The notes below the pieces were generated by a model, which made no database searches, was not told the origin of the DNA, and saw only the letters and a program-made list of their open reading frames with translations. From IMG/VR virus record IMGVR_UViG_3300020608_000013, positions 124,001 to 188,000 of that record: a DNA stretch of 64,000 bases. One strand, given 5' to 3'. Made by a program: the position numbers and the translations under genes. Position 1 is the stretch's first letter, and the number at the start of each line of letters is the position of its first letter. Of this stretch, positions 1-10,400 are shown in pieces.

Positions 1-2605
1 GTTCTACACAAGGGTCTTGCATTATCGTCAACCATGTTGCGTTAGGCTTCATTTCTGGTTTTTGACGACGTTTAGCTTTCCTATTCTTGTAATCCTCGAC
101 CGATTTAAACAATTCTTTATAAGCGATGCTCGGTAGACGTTCATAACCTCTAACGCGTGACATTAACTCACTGTTAGGGTCTTCATGGTAATCGAAAGTT
201 AATAGTTCTACAGCACGTACAAGTAACGGAATGAACTCGTGGGGTTCGCCCATAGTAATTAACAAGTCTCTTGAGATCGGGTCTATGAATAGTTCGTTAT
301 AAGTCTCTATTTTCACCAGACCTCGCGCTTCTACGTTTAAGGTGTTTAGTATACCTAATAACCCTTCAGGGGTGTCGTAGTGAGCGACATTGTAATTTAA
401 GTTGGTTTTGTTGTAGGCGGCTAACCCGCTAAATAATAACTCCTCTTGAAAGTTTATTCGGTTAAATATTAGGTGGTAGTCTTTAAAGGTTATTGCATAT
501 TGATCAGGTTTTAATACATATTCCTCACCAACAGGTTTTACCGTTACATCTCGTGCAAAATGTTCAATACAGTAAGATAGCCCTTTTAAAGTCGCTAAGA
601 TTATAATGACAGGGATATTTCTCCCCATAAGTTTAACGGTTGCGTACTCTGTGAGCGAGTGTGTATCGAAGCGTAAAACATCCGTTAAATGTTTTTTATC
701 AACGTTGTTGTTTTCGTTTAAATAAGTGACTACCCCATCGTTGTTTAAGAAAAGTAATTGCCCTCCGTTATTAGTAACACCTATGAAAGTACCGTACTTT
801 TTTTCAGGCTTGGTGATGTCTTTTGTAGTCAACGTTTGACGTGTTTTATGGTTAAATGTTAAACGTGTGTCGTCACTAGTCTCGATCCAGTCAAATGATT
901 TTGCTAATGCGCTATAGTGTCGACCCTGTTGTTTAAAGTTGTTGTCGAAAACAGGTGTTGGGTTAAGTGAATAGTTTTCATATTTTAAACTAGTTTGGTT
1001 CACCGTTTTCTTTAACCATACCGCATAGTTATTTGCCTTACGAATACCTCGTTGTACAAATATTTTACTGACTGCGCTAGAGATAACGACATTTTCAGGA
1101 CCAATTTTTCTAAGCGGCATATCGACGGTTTGCTTACGCATCCGTGATAGATTACCGTTATTCATGAAAACACCGTCTTCATCTACCACAGGTAGCTGTA
1201 TAGTGAGTGTCGTTGCCTCGCCTTGTATGGGTTTATACCTTACTTTATACAACATGTAATTATCCTTAACAGATTTGACATGTTGTTTACTATACCCTTC
1301 TAAAACCCAACCACCTCGTTGAATGTGTGAAATGGTGTTAACCATATCCTTTTCCAACAGTTCTTCGATGTACTGTGTATTATCGTTAAATAACGATGAC
1401 TTTAACATCGACGCTTTAGTCACGCCTTTTATTTTAGGGAGTTTATCCCCTTTTAGTATAAGTTCGTCAGGCTTGATAGCAGTCAAATCATCTAGTCGGA
1501 TGGTAGGATCATCAGGGCTTTTAATATCGCGCCATTTACCAAGTTTACTTACAGTGTCGCGATGCGTCTTTTCATCAATAAGACCCACTTTAAGTAAATA
1601 ATTTAGTTTATTTTCGTTGAACGTTTCTATTTTCGGGATCGGTTCATTGTAAGTTTTATTTACATAAGTAGGTTTAGTGGTCGGGATTAACGTGTCGTTT
1701 AACTCCTCTTCTAAAATATCTAACTTTTCGACATCTTGATCATCATACTCTTTTGTAACAGTCGCCTCACTAATCCCATTTAAGAAAGACATGAGTTGTT
1801 TATTAAGTACTTTTGAATCTTTTCTAGAACGGGGTGGTATGTTTTTCCCTATAGTGGGTGAATATGTTTTATCTTTATTAAGATTGTGCAACCAACCTAA
1901 ATTTAAAATAACATAGTGTGTATTAAATTTCAAAATAAAGTTTAACCGACTTGCTTGTTCGGGTGTTAGCTTCCCAAGTCGTGTGGCGGTGTCATTTACA
2001 TTGGTGGAGCGATACAGGTCAAGTAAAACTAATTTACTGTAAGATAAACCTTTACTAAATAGTTGTTTATCGTCGATATGTTTTAAATAGTTTTGAGTCT
2101 TCTCATCGTATTTCACATTATCTAATTCGATTATATAGTAGGAAGGTACGTTTAATTTACTCGATTGTACCAAGCGCTCTAGAAAAAGGTCTAAAATACG
2201 TGCCTTCTTTTGTTGTGCAATACGATCGCGATCGCGTTCATTTAATGTGTGTTTTAATGAATCGTAGTTTAGAATGTAACGACCTTTTAAATCACTAATC
2301 GCTAACGGGTTTGTCGAGACGTGTTTAAACGTGCAATCACTATGTGTTTTCGTAAAATGATCGACAGTTTCTCGAACAGGGCGGTGAGGCATACCCTTAA
2401 GCCCTTTCTCATTATAGATAAGGTAAGGGGTTGTCGTTCTATAGGAGGTTAATTTAGTTAAGGGTTTAAATGGGGTGTCGCCGTCGGTCAGGTAATGTAC
2501 GATACAATTAGTAGGTAATTGTAGTAAATCGTAGTCTTTAACAAGGGGGTTCTTTAATCGTTTAGGTTCTCTAATTTCGTTATAGTGGACTACTAGATTA
2601 CTCAT
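1..2605 (-). CDS. rpoB: Virion RNA polymerase beta subunit, N-terminal part (phiKZ gp178-like); runs off the left window edge
   Basis: Not in the ORF track because there is no stop inside the window. My translation from ATG 2605 stays open to position 2 (MSNLVVHYNEIREPKRL...QLPVVDEDGVFMNNGNLSRMRKQTVDMPLRKIGPENVVISSAVSKIFVQR...EMKPNATWLTIMQDPCVE), which resembles gp178-family motifs. It is directly downstream of the gp180-like gene. Confidence 0.88.
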   Translation of the reverse strand, partial: MSNLVVHYNEIREPKRLKNPLVKDYDLLQLPTNCIVHYLTDGDTPFKPLTKLTSYRTTTPYLIYNEKGLKGMPHRPVRETVDHFTKTHSDCTFKHVSTNPLAISDLKGRYILNYDSLKHTLNERDRDRIAQQKKARILDLFLERLVQSSKLNVPSYYIIELDNVKYDEKTQNYLKHIDDKQLFSKGLSYSKLVLLDLYRSTNVNDTATRLGKLTPEQASRLNFILKFNTHYVILNLGWLHNLNKDKTYSPTIGKNIPPRSRKDSKVLNKQLMSFLNGISEATVTKEYDDQDVEKLDILEEELNDTLIPTTKPTYVNKTYNEPIPKIETFNENKLNYLLKVGLIDEKTHRDTVSKLGKWRDIKSPDDPTIRLDDLTAIKPDELILKGDKLPKIKGVTKASMLKSSLFNDNTQYIEELLEKDMVNTISHIQRGGWVLEGYSKQHVKSVKDNYMLYKVRYKPIQGEATTLTIQLPVVDEDGVFMNNGNLSRMRKQTVDMPLRKIGPENVVISSAVSKIFVQRGIRKANNYAVWLKKTVNQTSLKYENYSLNPTPVFDNNFKQQGRHYSALAKSFDWIETSDDTRLTFNHKTRQTLTTKDITKPEKKYGTFIGVTNNGGQLLFLNNDGVVTYLNENNNVDKKHLTDVLRFDTHSLTEYATVKLMGRNIPVIIILATLKGLSYCIEHFARDVTVKPVGEEYVLKPDQYAITFKDYHLIFNRINFQEELLFSGLAAYNKTNLNYNVAHYDTPEGLLGILNTLNVEARGLVKIETYNELFIDPISRDLLITMGEPHEFIPLLVRAVELLTFDYHEDPNSELMSRVRGYERLPSIAYKELFKSVEDYKNRKAKRRQKPEMKPNATWLTIMQDPCVE

Positions 2606-2610
2606 AGGTT

Positions 2611-4218
2611 TTACTCAAATTCAGTTAGATGGGCGTAAACTAATTCGTTCACGTTGTTACTTGGGCTATACATTAATTTATTTTTACGGTCAAGGTAGTA
2701 ATGGGCTTTATCGAATAAATTATGGACTTCTTGTATAGCGTCTTCAGTCCATAACGTATGAGCAGAAGTCATGTCACCATCATTATCGGCTGCTAATGGA
2801 CCGTAGTGGTTGACGTGGGGCGACATTCCGTCATAGTAGAATGTACTACCTCTGAGTGGGAAGTTAACGATTTTCTCACCAATAATAGTACCACTACTAT
2901 CAACTTGATCCAAATGAGTCGCATCGTTAGTTGTTTGTAAGTAGATTAATGAGGGATAGGTACTACCTTCATTAGCCGCAGGGTAACGGGTTACTATAGT
3001 AGGAGAGTCTCCTGCATAACTTTGCACCGATAGGTAGAGTAACTCAGTTAAATCTAAAGGTCTCAAATCTTGTTTATTGAAAACAGGCGCAAGGTCATTT
3101 TTATCGAAAAGTAACTGAACATATTTGTCATTCGATGCGATTAAGAATAAGGGCTTGCCTTTCACTTTAATAATCTCACGACGAAGTGAGTGGTTGGCGA
3201 ACCGATCAATAAGTTTACGGAGACCCTTTTCAGTATTTAATTCAGTATCGTTCTCATCAAACTTTATTACCGTTGGTTTAAAATTTGGACCTTCAAGTAC
3301 ACGAACAGTTTGGTTTGTAGGGTCGAATACTTGATCGAAAAATATAGATTTTAAATTAAATAACGCTTTAGGTAATAGGTTACTGACCGTTTGGTATAAG
3401 CCTAGAACTGTATGGTTTTCAGTGGGTAGTGTTTCATCATCGAGGTCGTGGTAACGCACGTTCATTGCGGTGAGAACGTTACGTGTTGTGTTATAAACTC
3501 CACGGTTTGCAAATTTATCCTGTGCGAACTTTTTGCGCCCGAACATAATAGACCTTATATGATGATAAACTGCATATACACCAAGTTGTATTTTAAATCG
3601 TGTAGCGTCTGCACTATACCTCGCTTCCTTATCTAATTTTGAAGGAATCAATGTGGTGAGTTGTAGCACTTTACGATACATAGGGGTTAACTCGTTTTCC
3701 TCTGGTTGACCATCGCTATTTTCTTCGACATCGCGCAGTCCCGCAGGGTAAACAAGAAATTTACTTAACAGTAAGTTATTCCTATTCATGCGGTTAAAGT
3801 CGACATCATAATTATGTCGATTGGATTGGTTGTACTCTAATCCATCGGGGTCGAAATTGCGTATAAAAAAGTCGAAACCTGTTTCACCATCAATAGCCTT
3901 CTCAAACCGCTTACTTTTCGAGTTAAAAACGGCACGTTCTTTACCTGCCATAATGTCAATGTAAAAAGCTTTCAAACGCGTTAATGTGAAAAAGATCGCA
4001 GGTTGTAAGACGGGTAATTTTAAATCAATATATCCGAAAGTAGTGTCCCGCGCTTCATCACCCTTCAGTCCAAAAATAGATTCAGAATAGAAACCTTTGT
4101 GATGATAGGCCTTCTCTCCGCTTTCGTAGATGTCGGGTACTTCAACAGGTTTTATACTGTTCACTTGCTGTGGCGTGAGTTCTAAAAGACCGAACTTTAG
4201 TGGCTGTACTTCACCCAT
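2611..4218 (-). CDS. rpoC: Virion RNA polymerase beta-prime subunit with catalytic DxDGD motif (phiKZ gp180-like)
   Basis: GFYSESIFG at the N-terminus, RNVLT and VTRYP motifs, catalytic LAADNDGDM. Lies between the gp178-like and gp181-like genes. Confidence 0.92.
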   Translation of the reverse strand: MGEVQPLKFGLLELTPQQVNSIKPVEVPDIYESGEKAYHHKGFYSESIFGLKGDEARDTTFGYIDLKLPVLQPAIFFTLTRLKAFYIDIMAGKERAVFNSKSKRFEKAIDGETGFDFFIRNFDPDGLEYNQSNRHNYDVDFNRMNRNNLLLSKFLVYPAGLRDVEENSDGQPEENELTPMYRKVLQLTTLIPSKLDKEARYSADATRFKIQLGVYAVYHHIRSIMFGRKKFAQDKFANRGVYNTTRNVLTAMNVRYHDLDDETLPTENHTVLGLYQTVSNLLPKALFNLKSIFFDQVFDPTNQTVRVLEGPNFKPTVIKFDENDTELNTEKGLRKLIDRFANHSLRREIIKVKGKPLFLIASNDKYVQLLFDKNDLAPVFNKQDLRPLDLTELLYLSVQSYAGDSPTIVTRYPAANEGSTYPSLIYLQTTNDATHLDQVDSSGTIIGEKIVNFPLRGSTFYYDGMSPHVNHYGPLAADNDGDMTSAHTLWTEDAIQEVHNLFDKAHYYLDRKNKLMYSPSNNVNELVYAHLTEFE

Positions 4219-4234
4219 AATCGCTCCTCTTGAT

Positions 4235-4289
4235 AAAAAAAATAAACATTTTCTAGTACACTAACGAGCGAGAACGCTCGTTAGTGTAC
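4235..4289 (-). terminator. Hairpin (15-bp stem 4256-4289), 13-nt gap, then T8 on the minus strand
   Basis: gtacactaacgagcg-agaa-cgctcgttagtgtac; A-run 4235-4242 on the + strand. Confidence 0.7.
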
Positions 4290-4310
4290 CGTACTCAATT
4301 TATCAAGCCA

Positions 4311-4832
4311 TTAACCTTTAACGCTATAAGTCGTTTTAACCTCCCCACCACTTAAAGTGATGCATTCATCTTGCTTTTCTAGGTATACTTCATTACATTC
4401 AATCATGGAGAGGAATGTCCTAAAGTAATTAGCAACTACATTCAACCCGCTACTACACCCATTGATAAAATCAATTTTCCTACGAGTAGAAGTGTCTAGA
4501 CCATTCTGATCATGTATGAATTCACTAGGCTCTGTTAAGAAGATTTTATTTTCTGTCCAGTCAGTAGGGTAGCAAACATCGTTTTCATTAAAAAGTAGCA
4601 CGCGGGTCTCGCATCCTTTATGGTGTGATACACAAAAGACCATACTACCACAACCCACAAGCGGTGTAAAAAAGCACAGCTCGTAAGGACTTTTAAAACA
4701 ACTCGTTGTTAGAACTCTGTTGTTCAGAAGGTTTCTTGCATTGATGTAATACTTCACATTTAGTAATGTGGTTTGTGTTAGGAGTATGGTGTTATTGAAG
4801 TAATCGCTATTTCTCATACATATCGCCCCCAC
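4311..4832 (-). CDS. Hypothetical protein
   Basis: 173-aa ORF abutting its neighbour (shared base 4832); no recognisable motif. Confidence 0.7.
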   Translation of the reverse strand: MGAICMRNSDYFNNTILLTQTTLLNVKYYINARNLLNNRVLTTSCFKSPYELCFFTPLVGCGSMVFCVSHHKGCETRVLLFNENDVCYPTDWTENKIFLTEPSEFIHDQNGLDTSTRRKIDFINGCSSGLNVVANYFRTFLSMIECNEVYLEKQDECITLSGGEVKTTYSVKG

Positions 4833-5383
4833 TAATTAGATAGGGTTAATACGTTAGTTTCTGTTAGTAGAACGGATTTATTTTTAATTATCCGTACGAA
4901 GGCTTGTTCATTCATTTGACTGAACACCCAGTTTATGTGGTCAGGGGATTGATTTACACTATTTGGTATTAGGGTCTTCAGGACGCTTGCGTATCGCAAG
5001 ATGGGGGGTATTGCAGCATATGCTTGTTGTATAACAGGTACTAATGGAGGAAGCGTGCTGTCTAACGTGTTAGCGATATTAGACGTTAACAACCGTTCGT
5101 TAAAAACAACTCTTTTCATTTTAGGCGTGTATATGATAATATCTGTACTATCGCCCGCACTATCGGTAGTGTAATAGAAACGCTCACCATGTAACGTACT
5201 GGATAGAATAGTCTTTTTTCTTAGGTTAGGCATCACACCTTTCTCAAAAACTTCCTTTACTAACACAGGCGTTACCCGTAATGGTCTTAGCGGCTCTACA
5301 TTTATGCTAGATTGTTTTGTTTCCATGTTTGTTTTCCTCGAGTTAAAATTGGGAAGAAATGTGCTATTTACAAAATAGCACAT
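4832..5383 (-). CDS. Hypothetical protein (true start may be the internal METKQ)
   Basis: 183-aa ORF in a tightly packed minus-strand operon. Confidence 0.7.
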   Translation of the reverse strand: MCYFVNSTFLPNFNSRKTNMETKQSSINVEPLRPLRVTPVLVKEVFEKGVMPNLRKKTILSSTLHGERFYYTTDSAGDSTDIIIYTPKMKRVVFNERLLTSNIANTLDSTLPPLVPVIQQAYAAIPPILRYASVLKTLIPNSVNQSPDHINWVFSQMNEQAFVRIIKNKSVLLTETNVLTLSN

Positions 5384-5401
5384 TATTTAAAGAAAGTTGT
5401 T

Positions 5402-6004
5402 TTAAAATTGACCTGGTGTTATCAGACCCACATCGCCCCTTTTTAAAAAAGAGCGGCTTCGGCTTGACGCTCTTATGTAGAGGTAGCACCTTTTATCCAG
5501 CGCAGGATGTTGTTTAATACTTTTTACCGTATAAACTGTTTTCTCACCTTTCTCAACAAAGACCTTTTCTTCATCAGTGGTTGTGATCTCACTACATAAA
5601 GTTGCTGTGTGGTAAATACACCATTTTGCCAATAAGGTGTGTTTTGTCGATAAGATGGTTTCTTCATGGTCTATGTGGTTTTCACCACGTTCCCTTACTA
5701 AGCCTCCGTCGACAAACCGTCTATAGTCACGAGCAAATAAGATTGGTCCATATTGTGCAATCTCTTTAAGATTTTTGTCAAAAAGGTAGATTGCTAGTTT
5801 ATTACCTAAATGGTGCGTCACCCCAAAGTAATCCTTGTTAAAGGTATGGACAATGACTTTCTCCCCCGTGTGTAGGTCCTTTGGCGGAGGTATGTCGTAA
5901 TAATGGTCGAGTAACCTTATGTTGTGCAAGGACCTAGCATCGTGTATTATTAATTCATCATAAGACCTGAATAATTTTTCAATCAAGATTTGGAAAATTG
6001 TCAT
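5402..6004 (-). CDS. Hypothetical protein
   Basis: 200-aa ORF with stop/start coupling to the upstream gene at 6004. Confidence 0.75.
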   Translation of the reverse strand: MTIFQILIEKLFRSYDELIIHDARSLHNIRLLDHYYDIPPPKDLHTGEKVIVHTFNKDYFGVTHHLGNKLAIYLFDKNLKEIAQYGPILFARDYRRFVDGGLVRERGENHIDHEETILSTKHTLLAKWCIYHTATLCSEITTTDEEKVFVEKGEKTVYTVKSIKQHPALDKRCYLYIRASSRSRSFLKRGDVGLITPGQF

Positions 6005-6615
6005 TATATCGTCGCATAGGTGAATTGCCCGTGCTTAATACGAGCAGGGACATTGTTTATGAACTCATTGACACTCGACCCAACAACCCGAGTGTCGTCG
6101 TTTAACTGTATAGTTAGTTTAGGACTAACATCATAAAGAGCCTCTATATTAACAAGCTCTCTACCACGTAGGTCTAGGAGTCTTAGGTTTTTGTAGGCGG
6201 TCAGTGTTCGACAGTCTATTTGCGCGTCAGGGTACGCGCTATTTAAGTAGAGCTGTTTTAGGCGGGGTGCGCCACCTATAATCGATAACCCTTGTACGTT
6301 AGAAGCATATAAAACCTCTAAATAAGGTAGTCTATATAAGACCACGACATCATCGTGGATGGGCCTTGAAATATCGAGTATGACTAGTTCTCTAAAGTCG
6401 CTTAAAAAGCTATAGTCTTTTATAAACGCACCTTCAAGGGTAATACCTTTAACGGTGTCATACCACTCTTGTGTTAGTTTATCGACGAAAACTTCTACAT
6501 TCACGGCATTTGTTAAATTGACAAATGGGGTTGGTTTTGGTAGGCGAGATTTTTGGTTTAAGGTCTGTACGTATGTTGTATTTCTATGTTTGAAAACATC
6601 GGGGGTGTTGAACAT
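6004..6615 (-). CDS. Leucine-rich-repeat protein
   Basis: Recurrent LxxLxL units: FRELVILDIS, LPYLEVLYASN, APRLKQLYLNS, YKNLRLLDLRGRELVNIEAL. Confidence 0.75.
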   Translation of the reverse strand: MFNTPDVFKHRNTTYVQTLNQKSRLPKPTPFVNLTNAVNVEVFVDKLTQEWYDTVKGITLEGAFIKDYSFLSDFRELVILDISRPIHDDVVVLYRLPYLEVLYASNVQGLSIIGGAPRLKQLYLNSAYPDAQIDCRTLTAYKNLRLLDLRGRELVNIEALYDVSPKLTIQLNDDTRVVGSSVNEFINNVPARIKHGQFTYATI

Positions 6616-6638
6616 TACATATCTCCGTTTTTGAGTTT

Positions 6639-7343
6639 TTAAAATTCATAATCTTCCACGTCAAGAGGTCTTCTAATAACCCCTAGCTCATCTTCGTCTA
6701 GATCGTCCTCGAACTCATCGTGGTCCTGTTCATCTGTATATACAGTTTTGATGGTCGTACTTTGTTGGAGGTACTGACTCAGTTCCTCCTTGTCGTAGTT
6801 ACTACCTAGTAGCGTTAGGCGTTCTATATCGGTATCGATTAAAGCGTCTAAATTCTCTAGGGTGAGACCTGATAGGTCTAGAGACGTTAACGACCTAAAT
6901 CCCGTTAAGAGGTTACAGTCTAGCACATCAGTGTCACACCATGTCGTCTCTGTTAAATCCAGGTGTACTAGAAGTGGTAACTTATGCAACCGCTCTAGCT
7001 CATGTGGGGGGAGGGTCGCTCCCTCCATTATTAGAACCTTGATGAACAGACCCTCAACGCCCTGAATCTGTTCTATATCATTATAGCTTATATCGCAATA
7101 ATGGATACTACGAAATAACGACATGCCGAAAAAATCCTCTAGAGCGTTTTCTCGACAGCGGATGGCGGTACAACCATTCATGAAAGATCGTGGTAATTCA
7201 AGGAGGACGGCGCTTTCTTCTAATACAACGTTATCTAGACTTAGGCTGAACCCTTCATCGTCCTTAAGTCGATCAGCTAGTTTAAACAACTCGATTAAGT
7301 CATTAGGTTCGTGCCATTGAACAGGCGTTTTAATCTCGGACAT
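6639..7343 (-). CDS. Leucine-rich-repeat protein with acidic C-terminal tail
   Basis: IHYCDISYNDIEQI, LPLLVHLDLTET, FRSLTSLDLSGLTLENLDAL, IERLTLLGSN; tail DEQDHDEFEDDLDEDE. Confidence 0.82.
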   Translation of the reverse strand: MSEIKTPVQWHEPNDLIELFKLADRLKDDEGFSLSLDNVVLEESAVLLELPRSFMNGCTAIRCRENALEDFFGMSLFRSIHYCDISYNDIEQIQGVEGLFIKVLIMEGATLPPHELERLHKLPLLVHLDLTETTWCDTDVLDCNLLTGFRSLTSLDLSGLTLENLDALIDTDIERLTLLGSNYDKEELSQYLQQSTTIKTVYTDEQDHDEFEDDLDEDELGVIRRPLDVEDYEF

Positions 7344-7378
7344 TTAAATTCCTCTTTCCATATTTTGATGCCAATATA

Positions 7379-7386
7379 ATAATATA
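7379..7386 (-). promoter_or_regulatory. Putative early (virion-RNAP) promoter core TATATTAT
   Basis: One of eight intergenic copies; one base from the phiKZ early promoter consensus TATATTAC; 36 nt upstream of the LRR gene start at 7343. Confidence 0.65.
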
Positions 7387-7414
7387 TGTTCGTAAATATT
7401 TACATTTAAAAGGA

Positions 7415-10400
7415 GTGTCGTTAATGAGTGACAATGAACTACACCAACTCGATAGTAATGAAGAAGATCGTATGTTGGACGATCTGTTCAATGACGACTA
7501 CGATCCACAAGGTTTTGACAAAGGGTCGAGAGACCCAATACAAAGTTTTTATAAAGGGACACGTAAAGAACTAAAAGAGACATTTACAGACTCTTCAAAA
7601 ATTGAAGATTTATTAGAAAAAACCCTACCCGACGAATACGCAGAAGCGTTGAGCGTTTTTAACTCAACAACAAGTGCGATAGAAGATGTCGTTGACGCTT
7701 CTAAAAACGATTTCCGCTATAAAGCGAAAGAGATATTAACCTCAACCGAAAAGATATTGCCCAATAAAGCTACCTCACTTAAAGAGAGAATTAGTAAACT
7801 CAACGAGTCCATCACTATCGATGATGAAGATGATGGACCAATAGGGATCAGTGAGGAAGAGGAGTTAAAACAGCGCCGTAAAGAAGAGTTAAGTAGTGCT
7901 TTGGCGAAACTGGCGCGTAAGGAAGAAAATCGTGATATAGTTACGAGCGCTGCTACTTCAGCATCTGTCGATAACCTAACCTTATCGACGGTTAAAGGTA
8001 ATCAAGCGATACTAACCGCACTGTCTGCGTTAAGTCGTAGTACTGAACGCACGGCTAGTTTTCACGAACAGATTACAAATAGCTACTACCGCAAATCACT
8101 AGAACTCCAATACCGCCAATTATTTACCCAGATCGATACCTATAAACTGTCAAGAAGCCACTTTAAAGAAATTGAACTTATTATGAATAAAGTTCAACAT
8201 AATACTGGCTTACCAGAGTTTAAGAAAATTACTCAATCAGAGCGGTTTGCTGAATTGTCTCAAACGAAGTTCATGATGGCTGCACAAGATTCCTTGTTCG
8301 GTAATGCAGAGTTTATAAAGAAGGGGATAGAGAATCTTAAAGATAAACTAGGTAGTAAGATAGATACTATCAAGAATACGGCTTCCTTAGTTGCTCAAGG
8401 TAAAGAAGCTATTGGTGACGAAGACCCTTATGAAGAAGCGGGTAAATCGTTCTCTAAATCATTAGGTGTTGTGCTCGGCAAGCTCTTTAAAGGACCTACA
8501 GAAGAAGAACGTCTCGAAGCTTTGCGCGATAGAGCTGAGCGTGAAGACCCTACTTCTATATGGGGTAAACTTTATCGGAAAGTGACGGATGAGTACCATA
8601 AGCGTAATGATGTGTTTGAAGAGAACACGAGTGAGCTTAGAGCAAGGGTTCGCGAGATCGGTCAGGAACTTGGTCGCAATACTGCTAGTTTAGAAGACGT
8701 ATTAAACCGCACAGCCTCCTCGGAAAGATTAGAGGATAGTATGGGTGATGGGTTTGCCAAACGTTTTGGTAAGGCGGCTGCTCGTAATATACTTAGCGCT
8801 TTCGGGGAAGCGACGGATGTCAATTTTGAAGATCGTGATATTGAAGATGAGTTTGGTGCATTCGCTAAACGAGATAAAACGACATTAAACCAAGTAATCC
8901 CCACTTTACTTTCTAAAATATACGATGTAACTCGCGCTATACATGAGGGTAGCGATCAAGTTACTGAAACAGTTTACGATCGAAGAGATGGTAAAATTAA
9001 GTCAAGGGAGGCGCGTGGCGCTGAAGTACGTGAGCGGTTTACAGGTGAGGCGGTAGCAAGTTCTTACCGTGGTGCGCTAGAAGAACTCCATAAGAAAATA
9101 GATGATCTTGGTGATTTTGATGAGGTAACAAGTAAGGAAGTAAAACGTAAGTTAAGCGAGATTGGGTTTAACGATGTACTGTCTAACGGTCTAAGTGCGG
9201 TTAATATCGATACGTTACTTAATGAAAAGTTTTATACACCTGAAGAAGAAGACCTGTCAAATAAAATACGTGAGGTTTTAAAAGATCGGTTAGATGATGA
9301 TAAAAAGTTAAAAGGGGAACTTAATGATGAGTTAATACGGTTAAGGAAGAACATCCGTGACGTTAGGGGGGAGATGGATGAGTATAGGCTTGAGTACGGT
9401 AGCGATGGTCTGGTTGACTCTGGGTTAATTACTGTCGATAGTAACGGCTCGCAAAGTTTAAACTTAGACGCTTATCGGCGCTACCTACTGGGTGAGTCAG
9501 TACTACAATCAACAGAAAGTGAGCGTAGTGAGGACACATCTACAAGAGAGGAAACACGCGAACACGATCCAGAGCGTAGTCAACGATCTGTTGTGGACTA
9601 CACTACACTACTAACATCTATCGACCAGTCTTTAACTGTCTTGACAGGGCGATCTGTTACAGACTATAGTAGTCCGTTAACTACCCTGAACGACACTGTT
9701 AAGACGATAGCTGAAAAACCTACGCCTGACTATACTGATGCGTTTACACGGATTACAGAATTACTCGAAGAGGTTAGTCGTAAACAACCGATCGATTATT
9801 CAGATAAATTAGATTCAACAAACGCGTTATTGACACGCCTCTACGAACGCCCTACACCATCATTAACCGAAAGTTTAAGCGAAACCAACGCGTTACTTGA
9901 GTCGCAAGTGAGTCGTCCCGACTACGACTACAGTTACCATAAACAAACGAATAAGTTACTTAGTGGGATAAAAGAACAACTTAGTAATAATGGGACAGAT
10001 TTACAACCAATACTAGATGGTATGGCTAGCCACCGTGATAGCCTCATAGAGACGCATACGTTACTACACGACAAGCAACTTGAGGTTCAAGGTAGTTTAC
10101 AGTCGGTTGTTAGGGAAATGGGCGAGACGTTACTAGACTGTTGTCAAGAACAGTTGAATCGTCTGGGTACATCGAAGTCACAACCTACCGTGGAAGAGAC
10201 TTATGATACTACTTCAGTTGAAACAGGTGATTACAAACCTATCGATCTTGTAGAGCTGCTTTCAAAACGACCTGAAGAAATAGACCCCGAATTATTGAAA
10301 CGTATTGACGAACAGCGTTATGAGTTAGTAGAGGAAACTTATACAGACGGGAATGAGAAAGTCAAGGGGAGTTTAATTGAGAGTAAACTCCCTGCTGGGT

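Noticed and set aside
1-4218. Introns, inteins or homing endonucleases in the RNAP genes (frequent in phiKZ-like phages)
   Set aside because: Both frames are continuous, only 5 nt apart, with no CxxxGT/HN intein ends or HNH/LAGLIDADG motifs
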